A DNA stretch of 64,000 nucleotides, from assembly GCA_002633005.1 (NCBI GenBank), contig NMRA01000070.1:605872-669871 (forward strand). The letters run 5' to 3'. This DNA is from Phoronis australis (taxonomy: Eukaryota > Animalia > Phoronida). The notes beneath the pieces were generated by a model. That model was not told the DNA's origin. It searched no databases and saw only the letters and a program-made list of their open reading frames with translations. The translations under genes were made by a program, and so were the position numbers. Below, piece after piece: positions 49,753 to 61,899 of the stretch (the first letter of the stretch is position 1; every line of letters begins with the position of its first letter).

Positions 49753-51228
49753 GAGATTGCAACCAGACTGCTTATCATTACCGTCCTCTTGGCTGGCGTG
49801 AAGGCGACGTTGGAGGACCAACCGGTAGATTCGATGGATTCACTGGCAGAAGGAAAACGGGAAATCAAATACTACCCAGGAGGAGGAAACGAAATTACCG
49901 TAGACTTAAAATCCCCGGTTCCTGCAAGGTATGAACCCTGCAACCCAAAGAACCCGCTCGGTAAAGGCTTTTATCTGCCTGAAATCGATCTTTACTCCGA
50001 TCGGACAGGCGGTACTCCCATTTTTGAATCAGTAGACAACAATTGTCTACTGGAATACTCACATGACAGGCAAACGAAGGAAAATGTGGAATTTTACGAA
50101 GATACCCAATCCTTCTACAACACGATTGCGTCGTCAAGCTCACTGAATGTCAAGTTAACGGGAAAATACACTATGGGGGCGACACTGGACGTAAAGACAA
50201 GTTCCATTTCTTCCGGCTCAGTTGATGTTAAGGGCAACAACTTGCGCTTGTGGACCCACACGCAGACCAACGTTCTCGACGACGCCTGCTACCGGTTACC
50301 TAATAGTCCACTGTCGCCTTATGTTATAAAAGGGATCACTAGTCTACCTTTGACCATCAGCAACCCCGAGTCCTCATCGCACTGGAGAGAATATGAAAAT
50401 TTCCTCAGAGCTTTTGGCTCTCACGTGGTGGTAAAATCTCACTACGGTTCGTCCATCCGTTCTTGGTCGTTTTCAAAAATAACTAAAAAATATTCACAGA
50501 GGCAATTTCAGGTGGCAGCTTGCGTTAACTTTGAAGGGCCAACTGAGGTCGGAAAGCTTGGTGTCAATGCTTGTTCTAATATAACGAAAGAGGAAATCCA
50601 AGCTGCTTCTTCCTATCAAATGTCGTTTAATGTCAACGTTCAGGGCGGAACAGACGAGACAAGAAATAAGATTGCACTCAAACGCACTAAAGAACTTCTC
50701 CTGAAACTGATGGATGAAGGAAGGGCAAATCCTGCTCCCGTCGATTACGATTACGTAGCGATTTGGAATGTCATCAAGTTCAAATATCTCGGAAATGATC
50801 AGCTCAGCAAAGAAGTTAGAGCTAAGGCAGAGAATCTCCGACAGTTCTATGAAGGGTTTAAGGATTTCGGGTGCACGGAGCAAAAGGTCAGTGGTGTGAG
50901 AATGCGCTATTTTCGGGCGACTAGTCATTCAAGTAGTCTGAGGCCCGAGTACGAATGTTGGATGGAAAAGGAAGGATGTCGCTCCAACGACGACTGTCAC
51001 GTTGGTGGGGCTGGTACTGTGACGTATTGCTATGGCAATACGTGTATGCAGCACAAAGACCCTGAGTTTGGTAACAAAGCTATGAAAGCTGTTGCGCAAA
51101 CTAAGCAGACCGGAAGCTATAACGAGAAGTTGAATCGAACCTGCTACTACAAGTTCTGGAAGGCGCAGGGTTATTGCGACAATTCAGCCCCCTATTATCA
51201 CCCTAGCAGAATCTGGCCTAAACCATAA
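49753..51228 (+). CDS. MACPF-domain pore-forming toxin-like protein 3 (recent paralog of protein 1), main exon
   Basis: gtttttag acceptor ends at 49752. EIATRLLIITVLLAGVKA signal, GKR site, YENFLRAFGSHVVVKSHYGSS. About 64 differences in 476 aa versus protein 1 by manual count. AATAAA at 51269. Confidence 0.9.
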   Translation, partial: EIATRLLIITVLLAGVKATLEDQPVDSMDSLAEGKREIKYYPGGGNEITVDLKSPVPARYEPCNPKNPLGKGFYLPEIDLYSDRTGGTPIFESVDNNCLLEYSHDRQTKENVEFYEDTQSFYNTIASSSSLNVKLTGKYTMGATLDVKTSSISSGSVDVKGNNLRLWTHTQTNVLDDACYRLPNSPLSPYVIKGITSLPLTISNPESSSHWREYENFLRAFGSHVVVKSHYGSSIRSWSFSKITKKYSQRQFQVAACVNFEGPTEVGKLGVNACSNITKEEIQAASSYQMSFNVNVQGGTDETRNKIALKRTKELLLKLMDEGRANPAPVDYDYVAIWNVIKFKYLGNDQLSKEVRAKAENLRQFYEGFKDFGCTEQKVSGVRMRYFRATSHSSSLRPEYECWMEKEGCRSNDDCHVGGAGTVTYCYGNTCMQHKDPEFGNKAMKAVAQTKQTGSYNEKLNRTCYYKFWKAQGYCDNSAPYYHPSRIWPKP

Positions 51229-52748
51229 TTGCAAAATTATTGTGATGCTATGAAATTGAAAGGAAGTCAATAAAAACCTAATCACTATTTTGCATTGTCA
51301 ATACGTACATTTAGGATACTGAAACAGTAATTGGGATATGCAAGAATGGGCATCCATAAAGTCTTAAAGCGGTTATAAACGGGTGTTGCGTCCTAAAAGC
51401 AAACTATAGATTTAAATAAAATACTGCTATGAAATTGGTCTCGACGTTTTCGTTACTCAGAGAGAATTCTGAGTTTCTAAAGAATTCACTTTTGAATTCT
51501 TAGGTGATGTTAGGCGGGTAAAATGATATGCCTTGAAAAGTCACCTTGCTGAGGTCTCAAGCAATAGCAAATGGCAAGTTTTTCGAAACACGGTCATCAC
51601 CACTACTTACAATTTCGGAACGGTTGCTATATATTGTCAATTATCACAGGTGCAATGTACAAAATCAGTTACAAAATTCAAAATCCAGTAGGTTGAAACT
51701 TCTGTCCGCATCACAGGGATCTGAAAGTGGCACTGAACGCCTGAAGACCATATTACTATCTGGCGGGATAGTGAATTTCAATTTGTCGCAGCTATTTCGA
51801 AAATCGGCTATTGGTCCGAGGGTGACTAGAAAAAAAAGTTATTTCTATTGTTGCAACCAAGTCAGAAATCAGACAAACATTCTAATGACTGTCAAACTTA
51901 TAAGAATTAATTACATTTTTTTGTAATAAATTGTTCTTATTTAGATTTTTTATTGATTTCATGAACTCACCCTCATATCAGCATGCACTCGAGCACGCGT
52001 TCAAACTACCACAAGAAGTAAAACAGACGGGAGTAGGAGTTTTTTGGAAAAAAAGGCACAGCTCAACCATGGCGTAATCACGGACAATGTGTTTGTTGGG
52101 CACTTGTTAGTTTTGGTTTGTCTTGGGCAGTGCAAAAACCTGAACAGTATACTGGCTTTAAAGCCTCGCACGAAGAAACTGATTCAAAATTGAATTTTTC
52201 ATCCTTCACGAATATTGCATGAATTGCAGGTCTTATCCCACGGCATGCGATTACTATAAACTGCATTGGACAGTTAATACACGATGAAAGACGCGTGTCT
52301 GTCAGCCAGATTGTTTTGCAAATCCCAAGTGTCTGAACCGTAACTGAATTTCCTGCTCAATTTCAACTTCTCGCTTGAAAGTTTCCAGTATTTAAGAAAA
52401 AACACGGCGGGTCAAAAAGTGAGTCAAGGTGCCAACACCAGACTCAAAAATCAATTAAACGCCAGACGTGGCCTTCACATGCAACACAAACCCAAACTGT
52501 CCAGCCAACCTAACATGAGCCATTGTTCATGAAATTAACGAGGAAATTAAACCGTGGCTCAAGAAAAAAAAAACTATTCGCACCATTGCATACGGAATTT
52601 TCCTAGATTTGAAAAGCTCATTTCCAATTTGGCAAACTGGGAATTTTGCCAGCCGAGGTTGCATGTAACGAGTTGACGTTACGCAGAAATTTAAGCAAGT
52701 ATGACATCACTACCTTACTCAATGATCTACCATTGCCAAGATACTCTG

Positions 52749-54660
52749 AGGGCCGTAGGAAGCGGGGGAGGGAGCGAGGGGCATGTGTCCCCCAAAATTT
52801 TGCAGGCGTCAAAGTTAAACCGTGGCAACCGACATAGGCGTGCGGCCGGGGCCAGTCGAGAAAAGGAAGACTGTGAATACGGATGAAAGGAAATTTAAGA
52901 TAACATTTGACAACTCAATATCAGTACGTGTATGGTTTACCCTTTGAGGGCCCTGCGAGGGCACTGGCCAGGATATTGTTGTTCGGCCGGGTCTCCGTTT
53001 TTGTAGCATAAGTCGTCTAAACGGACTTGAAAACATGTTTTCCAGAGGCCCCTCTATTTTTTGTGTTTTTTTTTCTTGAAATTGTATATCACTTGAGAAA
53101 AAATGATGACCAGAAAAATAATATCAATTGCTGCGCATTTTGTGATCTTTGAAAATATAGATCTTTTCATATTTAGGGACCCAGCCCTTGAAGGGGGCCA
53201 TTGGCGACATTCAAGTGGCCACCCTTTTCGTTCTTTTATTGGCAAATTCTTAAGAGGCCGCTCAAGGAGAAAGGGCCCAATGCTGGAATCGATTTCCACT
53301 GTTTTCCTGTTTTTTGTGAAATCGTACAACATGCTTTATTGTTTAGGAAAGTCACTTCTTGCAGGGTCACGCGACGATGGAATGTCACTTTTTTCCAAAC
53401 TAAATGATGTTAAGCATTTCATCTTATAATGTCCCATTTCAGATGGGACCCTCTTTCATTGGGCAGGTCAGGGGAATTGTCCCTTTGTCCATCTTTACAT
53501 GTAAATCTGACACTGCCAAGTATTCACGAGGGGAAGTTGAGATTCCAAATTCATTAAAAACATAAAACAACCGTGCTCAGCACAGCAGTATATTAAAACG
53601 TTCGACTCAAATTACCAAAAATGTGAAAAACACAATGGGATTGACCCCCATAGAAAAGGTAGAATTTTTTAGAACGTGAAGACCAGGATTTGCGAATTAC
53701 TCAGAATGATTATTTCCGATAGTTAGGTATAAAACAAAGTTACTTTTCCCACAGTATCACAAGAATAGTATTTCTTTTGAAGATCATTACTAGTAGGAGT
53801 TATTTGCAAGAAATTCGCACATGTCGAAAAGACTTTCGATGCTACGAGTTGTGGTGACCATGCACATGAAGAATGAGGGTACTCAAAGTACTTGCAATCA
53901 TAAACAAAAATGTCACCGTTTAACTCGTGAACCGTTATAGGTACCTCTGAAATGAGCAACAATACACCTAAATACAAATGCCCGTCTCCCATTTCCCCCC
54001 AGTTAACCGTCAAAAATCTGCGAGCATGCACGAGGAAATTGCTTATAACATTACGGTTTCATAAACAAATTTATTGGTTTCTGTTTAATTAGATATTCAT
54101 GTACCTAGGAAAATTGACATAGAATCAGATTTGACAAGTAGAAGCTAGTCTTGTAAAAACTAATGATGTCTCAGTGAACTCAGTTGCAACTTGAAGTTAG
54201 AAAACTCTATAATCCGATCCTCAATTAGACGATTTTTGCAAAGACATGATGAAATACGGACAGTTCCCAAAAATATACTCACAATTCAAATGGCAATAAA
54301 TGCATTGCTCTTTGACTTAGGTACAAGATTAGTCGTTTAAACTCACAAACATTAGATCAAAGAAGGATTAAGTCATTAAATCAAGGTAAACACAATTCTC
54401 ATGGAATCGATTGTTGATTTCTGATTTACATGTTTATGAACATACGAAAATCGAATGATTGATAGATGATCTTTGCAATTAGAAGCCAATCTTGTAAGAA
54501 ATTACGATGCTTCACTGAACTTAGTTGCTGGCTGACATTTCCCCAAATAGCACAGTGTACTAAACGATTTTTGTCTATCTGAAATAAGTCTAATGGGTAT
54601 TGATGAATGTCTGACAGCTCTACAAAGTGTCCCAAAATGCTCTCACAATTCAAATGACAA
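52749..54660 (-). mobile_element. Inverted copy of the hAT-like element at 43250-45915
   Basis: For example, gggtctccgtttttgtagcataagtcgtctaaacg is the imperfect reverse complement of cgtttagacgacctgtgctgcaaaagcggagaccc. Begins AGGGCCGTAGGAAG. Confidence 0.7.
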
Positions 54661-55044
54661 ACAAGAGCAACGCGGAGCGTTGAAATGCGCCCACAATTGC
54701 ACCGCATACGGTATCCTTCTAGGGTTGTTTATTGGTACCATAAAGTGGCCAGTAGAGGGCATACTTTGCAAAATGGAAAGGCATGGTCATTGTCTCCTCA
54801 ATGGGCTAGGGGCAAAATGTGAGTAATCTTCATAATACAAGCACATCCTATACCTCAGTTGCTTAAAACACCACAGAAACATAGAATTAAAAACAAATTT
54901 ACCAACATACGAGATTAGCACAGCATTAGAATGCCAGAAACAAATTTCTACTTGGAACTTTTCCTTCACAGTCACGAAGTAACACAAAGTATACACCTGA
55001 AGACCTATGAAAATACAGAGGTCAATGTAAAATACTAAAATTGC

Positions 55045-55626
55045 NNNNNNNNNNNNNNNNNNNNNNNNNNNNNNNNNNNNNNNNNNNNNNNNNNNNNNNN
55101 NNNNNNNNNNNNNNNNNNNNNNNNNNNNNNNNNNNNNNNNNNNNNNNNNNNNNNNNNNNNNNNNNNNNNNNNNNNNNNNNNNNNNNNNNNNNNNNNNNNN
55201 NNNNNNNNNNNNNNNNNNNNNNNNNNNNNNNNNNNNNNNNNNNNNNNNNNNNNNNNNNNNNNNNNNNNNNNNNNNNNNNNNNNNNNNNNNNNNNNNNNNN
55301 NNNNNNNNNNNNNNNNNNNNNNNNNNNNNNNNNNNNNNNNNNNNNNNNNNNNNNNNNNNNNNNNNNNNNNNNNNNNNNNNNNNNNNNNNNNNNNNNNNNN
55401 NNNNNNNNNNNNNNNNNNNNNNNNNNNNNNNNNNNNNNNNNNNNNNNNNNNNNNNNNNNNNNNNNNNNNNNNNNNNNNNNNNNNNNNNNNNNNNNNNNNN
55501 NNNNNNNNNNNNNNNNNNNNNNNNNNNNNNNNNNNNNNNNNNNNNNNNNNNNNNNNNNNNNNNNNNNNNNNNNNNNNNNNNNNNNNNNNNNNNNNNNNNN
55601 NNNNNNNNNNNNNNNNNNNNNNNNNN
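55045..55626. other. Assembly gap (582 N)
   Basis: Run of N. Confidence 1.
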
Positions 55627-56222
55627 TTAACATCATATAAATATACTTACACAATTTCGTAAAGATCCTGCGAACGGTTTAGGAGATACAGCCATAGGCG
55701 CAAAAAAACAAAACTGCCACTAGGAGGCGCCACAGTAGTCGAAATCGTCGGAAAATCATCGTCAACCGTCCTCTACATAGTAAGCACATACATGCCAATT
55801 TTCACAATCATCCTTTGAGCGGTTTGGTTGATAGAGGGGTGGAAGCACAAAAACAGACTCGAAAACAGTAAAAATGGCCACTAGGTGGCGCAAACTATGT
55901 CGAATCCATCCGAAAACGGCAGGATAGCATCATCTCACTATTAGGTGCCTACATACCAAATTTCATGAAAATCCGTTCAGGACTTTTGAAGATACAAAGG
56001 TAAGCGTAAAAAACTAAAATTGCCACTAGGGGGCACACCGGTAGTCGGATCCGTCCGAAAGTTCGCACATGCCGTCCCATTCATGAATGGAACATATGTG
56101 TCAAATTTCATGAACGTATGTCAAAGGGTTTTGGAGATAGAGCAGCGGACGCCGGACGCCGGACGGACGGACAGAGATGACGGCATAATGCGTCCACATA
56201 TAAATATGTGGGCGCATAAAAA
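55627..56222 (-). mobile_element. DINE-1/HINE-like Helentron-associated element with ~155-bp central tandem repeats
   Basis: Minus-strand 5' end TTTTTATGCGCCCACATA..TATGTGGACGCAT hairpin followed by a (CCGT)n microsatellite. gccactagg units at ~55716, ~55877 and ~56022 run into the gap. Confidence 0.7.
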
Positions 56223-56943
56223 TTGGTAATTGACTTTGGAACTATAATAGTGGTTTAAATTCACAAACCGTAAAAGAAGTCCTTAAATAAATAAAATTGT
56301 ACTCATTGCTCATTAACTTGGAATGGTTGTCTTTACACTTCCTTGATATTTTTAGTTTCCAGTAGTATTGCCCAATGTTCTTCAAAACTGAATCGTTTGC
56401 TTGCATTTCCCGTGCATACTACATACTGACGGAGCACGTCATGACTGACACACCCACGTTAAAAATGATGTGTAACCATGCAGTAGGCCCGCGCAGAATC
56501 TTAGTGATCCCGGGAACTGAATTTGAACTCCAGGCGGTGAAGGGTGAACATTTTTGGTACACACGCTGTATAATTTTCTCCAGCCACCAGAAACTGGACT
56601 ACCGGCCGTGTTTCAACAAGGGATTTTAAAATAGCCCCAAAGGCACAATACCAGGGACCTCACCTTTTCAAAAATTCCTTCAAAGAATGACCATAATAAA
56701 ATAAACTTTTCCCGTAGCTGTATCGCAATGAAACGAATCTTGACCTTGGAGCCAGCACAGACGGATAGGTACGAGTTACGAGGTAAGGTACCCGTCTGAA
56801 GTGAATCATAGCTGAGCTGCCAGCGACTAACTTTAGTTCATCGAATTTCGTATGTTCACACAGTTAAAGATCTCAGCTACAGTTACCACAGTTACTTAGG
56901 CAGCTCCCAGGTACTCTAGGCACATTCTGTAACTCTCTGTGAA

Positions 56944-57420
56944 CAGGCCCGTAGGAAGGCAAAAATTATGGGGGGGGGGGGGCAAAACATTTCGACTTCG
57001 CCAAAGCCCCCCCCATCGGCACTACTTCTGCCAGCCGCACCCCTCACCACCGTATTTGTACCACGTCCGCCTTAGGTGTGCGGTACAGTGGCGGATTTAG
57101 GGGTGGCCAAGGAGCCATGCCCCCCTAATATTCTTCCAGATTCCATTTGGCAGCTCGGGGGGGTGCGAATTTCTGACGGGTAAAACACTGACTAATACTC
57201 TGCCCTGTCCCCAACTCAAAATCCTGGATTCGCCCCACGGACAATCCCGGGGATGCAACCATCAAGAGTTGAATAACCATGAACCAACACAGAGAGTAAC
57301 AATGAGCCTAGGACCAGTACACCTATCGTAGCAAGGAGTTGCCTCAAACAGCTATATCTGAGATCTAACTAAACTAAAGACAGTTGCAGGTCAGATCAGC
57401 TATGACTCACTTGAGACAGA
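56944..57420 (+). mobile_element. End of the CAGGCCCGTAGGAAGG hAT-like family with a nested CAGTGGCGGA MITE (~57086-57238)
   Basis: Direct similarity to 42357-42715 apart from the ~150-bp insert. Confidence 0.65.
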
Positions 57421-57484
57421 CAGCTCGTACTGTCCGTGTGTGCGCTCGCTCTAAGGCCAAGATGTGATCAAGTATCGGGAAAAT

Positions 57485-57922
57485 TTTATTAATCTGCGCG
57501 TTCAAGCACAGAGTACTGTTGTTCATGGGTTTTCTTCAATTTTATTCTTATTCTTATTCTTATTACTCTGCGCTTGTAAGCGAAGAGAGTTGTTCCTGGG
57601 TTTTCTTCAATTTTATTCTTATTACTCTGCGCGTGTAAGCGGAGAGTACTGTTGTTCCTGGTTTTTTTCAATTTTATTCTTATTCTTCTTGTTACTCTGC
57701 GCGTGTAAGCGCAGAGTACTGTTGTTCCTGGGTTTTCTTCAATTTTATTCTTATTCTTCTTATTGCTCCGCGCGTGTAAGCGCAGAGTACTGTTGTTCCT
57801 GGTTTTTTTCAATTTTATTCTTATTCTTCTTATTACTCTGCGCGTGTAAGCGCAGAGTACTGTTGTTCCTGGGTTTTCTTCAATTTTATTCTTCTTCTTA
57901 TTCTTCTTATTCTTATTCTTCT
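57485..57922. repeat. Minisatellite of ~60-bp hairpin + (TTC/TTA)n units, ~7 copies
   Basis: tactctgcgcgtgtaagcgcagagtactgttgttcctgggttttcttcaattttattctt is reiterated. Confidence 0.95.
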
Positions 57923-60900
57923 TCCGACCAACTTTGAGGCTTAATAACTCCAAATTGGGTGCAGGTACGGTCTTTAAATTCAGCATATCACTTTTGACAG
58001 TATATAAATTTTGATTGATTATATAATCATATTCCATATTGCACCGGAAGAGGTCGTTTGGTGCAAAGGTCATACAATTTTCAAAATGCTACTCCTCCTT
58101 CAGTTTTAAAGCTATCTTTTTCAAATTCGGTGCACAGGTATAAGTTAACATGACAATTTAAAGAAAATACTTTTCTAAGTAATCGGTTTTCCAATCAGGT
58201 GAAATAGGTCAAAGGTCATTAGCTGCAAACTAAAATTTCGAGCTAGACACTTCAAATTGACAGGTCTGATTGCCACAGGTAAATCAAATCGGAATCCAAA
58301 GTTTCAGGTCATTTAGTGCAAACATAGGATCATTAGGTGCATTTTTCTTCTGCAAATTTGACCTTTTCAATCAGCAAGTATTCTGATGTGTCAACCGTTA
58401 GACAACTGTGATTCTCAGCGTTAAACACATTTTCCATGGGCTTTGCAATAATTCTCCTAAAGATGCTTAAAATGCACCGCATAAGGTCAATTAGTGCAAA
58501 GGTCATCTAACGTTCAAAATGTTATATCTCTTACGTTTTTCAAGGAATTCTTTTCAATTTCAGCACACTGGTGTAAGTCAACATGCCAATTGAATACTCT
58601 ACTTTACTTTGCAATAGGCCTAACCAATCAGAAAAAATAGGTCAAAGGTCATTGAGTGCAAATTAAAATTTTGAGCTAGAGACTTCAGAATTACGTATCT
58701 GTTTACTGAGTGCGATTGAGTTTGAATTCTAAATTTTCAGGTCATTTGGTGCACCCATGGGGTCACTAGGTGCATTTTTCTTCTGAAAGTTTGATCACTT
58801 CATTCATCTTGTATTCTGAAGTGCTTAAAGTAAAACATATGTGATTATTAGCATTAACCACACTTTTAATCGAGTTAACAATTACTCCCTCACCGGGGCT
58901 CATAATGCACCGGAAGAGGTCAATTAGTGGAAAGGTCATCAAAAAATTAATATGTAATTTCTCCTGCAATTTTAAAGAAATCCTTTTCATATTGGTAAAC
59001 GGGTTGCTGTCAGTAACTTCCCATAATAATTCCAGTAATACGCACGCGCAGAGTCCGTTAGTGTCACACCGTGACAATAATCTTTCTAGTTCTTCTTCTT
59101 ATTATTATTATTCTGCTTCCGACCATTTTTGAGGCTTAATAACTCCAAATTGGGTGCATGTACGGTGTTTAAATTCAGCATATGACTTTTGACAGTATAT
59201 AAATTTTAATTGGCTATATAATCATATTCCATATTGCACCGGAAGAGGTCGTTTGGTGCAAAGGTCATATAATATTCAGAATGCTACTCCTCCTTCAGTT
59301 TTAAAGCTATCTTTTTCAAATTCGGTGCACAGGTATATGTCAAGATGACAATTTAAAAAATTACTTTTCTAAGTAATCGGGTCATCCAATCAGGTAAAAT
59401 AGGTCAAAGGTCATTAGGTGCAAACTTAAATTTTGAGCTAGACACTTCAAATTGACAGGTCTGATTGCCACAGGTAAATCAAATCGGAATCCAAAGTTTC
59501 AGGTCATTTAGTGCAAACATTGGGTCATTAGGTGCATTTTTCTTCTGAAAATTTGACCTTTTCAATCAGCAAGTATTCTGATGTGTCAACCGTTAGACAA
59601 CTGTGATTCTCAGCATAAACCAAACTTTTCACGGGCTTTGCAATAATTCTCTTTAAGATTCTTATAATGCAGCGGATAGAGTCAATTGGTGCAAAGGTCA
59701 TCTAACGTTCAAAATGTTATATCTCTTACGTTTTTCAAGGAATTCTTTTCAATTTCAGCACACTGGTGTAAGTCAACATGCCAATTGAATACCCTACTTT
59801 ACTTTGCAATAGACCTCACCAATCAGAAAAAATAGGTCAAAGGTCATTGAGTGCAAACTAAAATTTTGAGCTAGAGACTTCAGAATTACATATCTGTTTA
59901 CTAAGTGTGATTGAGTTTGAATTCTAAGTTTTCAGGCCATTTGGTTTACCCATAGGGTCATTAGGTGCATGTTTCTTCTGAAAGTTTGACCAATTCATTC
60001 ATCTTGTATTTTGAAGTGCTTAAAGTAAAACATCTGTAATTCTTAGCATAAACCACACTTTTAATTGACTTTAGAATTATTCCCTCATCAGGGCTCATAA
60101 TGCACGGGAAGAGGTCAATTAGTGGAAAGGTCATCAAAATATTAACATGTAATTTCTCCTACCATTTTTAAGAATTCATTTTCATATTGGTGAACGGGTT
60201 GCTGCCAATAACTTCCCATAACAATCCCAGTAATACGCACGCGCAGAGTCCATTATTGTCACGCCGTGACAATAATCTTTCTAGTTCTTATTCTTCTTCT
60301 TATTCTTCTTCCGACCAACTTTGAGGCCTAATAACTCCAAATTGGGTGCAGGTACGTTCTTTAAATTCATCATATGATTTTTGACAGTACATAATTTTGA
60401 TTGGTTATATAATCATATTCCATATTGCGCTGGAAGGGGTCGTTTGGTGCAAAGGTCATATAATTTTCAAAATGCTACTCCTCCTTCAGTTTTAAAGCTA
60501 TCTTTTTCAAATTCGATACGCTGGTATAAGTCAACATGACAATTTAAAAAAATAATTTTCTAAGTAATCGAATCATCCAATAAGATAAAACAGGTCAAAG
60601 GTCATTACATGCAAACAACAATTTTGAGCTAGACACTTCAAACTCACAAGTCTGATTGGCACAGGTAATTCAATTCGAAATCCAAAGTTTCAGCTCATTT
60701 AGTGCAAACATGGGGTCATTAGGTGAATTTTTCTTCTGAAAATTTGTCCTTTTCATTCACCAAGTATTCTGATGTGTCAACCGTTAGACAACTCTGATTC
60801 TCAGCAATAAATATACTTTTCACGGACTTTGCAGTGAGTTCTATTAAAAGGGCTTGTAATGCACTGAATAGGGTCAATTAGTGCAAAGGTCACTTACTAT

Positions 60901-61400
60901 TGAAAAGGTTATTTCTCCTATATTTTTAAAGGAATTCTCTTCAATTCCAGCACATTGGTGTAAACCTATATGCCAGTGAAACACCCTACTTTACTAAGCA
61001 ATAGGGCCACCCACTCAGAGAAAATAGGTCAAAGGTCATTGAGTGCAAACTAAAATTTTGAGCTAGACACTTCAAATTAACAAGTCTGATTGATACGTCT
61101 AATTCAATTCGAAATACAAAGTTTCAGGTCATTTAGTGCAACCATGGGGTCATTTGGTGCAATTTTCTTCTGAAAATTTGTCCTTTTCATTCACCAAGAA
61201 TTCTGATTTGTCAACCGTTAGACATCTGTGATTCTCAGCATTAAACACACTTTTCACAGGCTTTGCAATAATTCTCCTCAAGACGCTAATGATGCACCGG
61301 ATAGGGTCAGTCAGTGCAAAGGTGATCTAACGTTCAAAATGTTATATCCTCTCCATTTTTCAAGGAATACTTTTCAAGTTCAGCACACTGGTGTAAGTCA
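57830..61400 (+). mobile_element. Head-to-tail array (~3 x 1.19 kb) of a Helentron/HINE-like element
   Basis: Units restart at ccgacca..tttgagg (~57924, ~59119, ~60311). They end gcgcagagtc..tgtcac.ccgtgaca..tttctagtt (59091, 60286). Each contains ~430-bp internal subrepeats. Confidence 0.75.
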
Positions 61401-61899
61401 TTCAGTCTTGAAGAACAAAAATTCATTACTCAATACTTCTGGAAACTAAAAACTCCACGGAAGTGCAGACAACCTTTACAAGCAATGAGTTGATGAGGTG
61501 GTTATTAAAACGTTTTTTCTATCTACAGCTTGTGAGTCTGAGTGTACTTTACTGTTTGGGGATCGCACAATAAAGTTTTCCAACTTCAGACTGCAATTAA
61601 ATTCACTGCACAGATGCATAGTTGTTAAATGTTCAGAGGTGGTGGCGATAGGAAAGGGGGAGTAGTTTGGCGAAGTCGAATTGGTTTATACCCCCGCCAC
61701 TAATTTTTGCCTTCCTACGGGCAGGTGACTTCAGTTTATTCACTACTGTTGTCAAGTCAGTCTCACCATTGTTGCCAAGGCGATCACCGACAGAGGTCTT
61801 ACTACACATTAATGTGTGATTTATTGAAATATATACACGTGGCCATAGGCCCAAAGTATAACATATACAAGACAGAACATAGTCAGGTGCCACGTTTCA

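Noticed and set aside
55022-55654. ~200-aa ORFs
   Set aside because: Artefacts of reading through the N gap.
57485-57922. CRISPR-like appearance: palindromic repeats at regular spacing
   Set aside because: The intervening sequences are themselves repeated low-complexity TTC/TTA tracts, not unique spacers. No cas genes, and the context is eukaryotic.
57464-58073. 157-aa and 194-aa ORFs
   Set aside because: Translations of the minisatellite; repetitive and low complexity.
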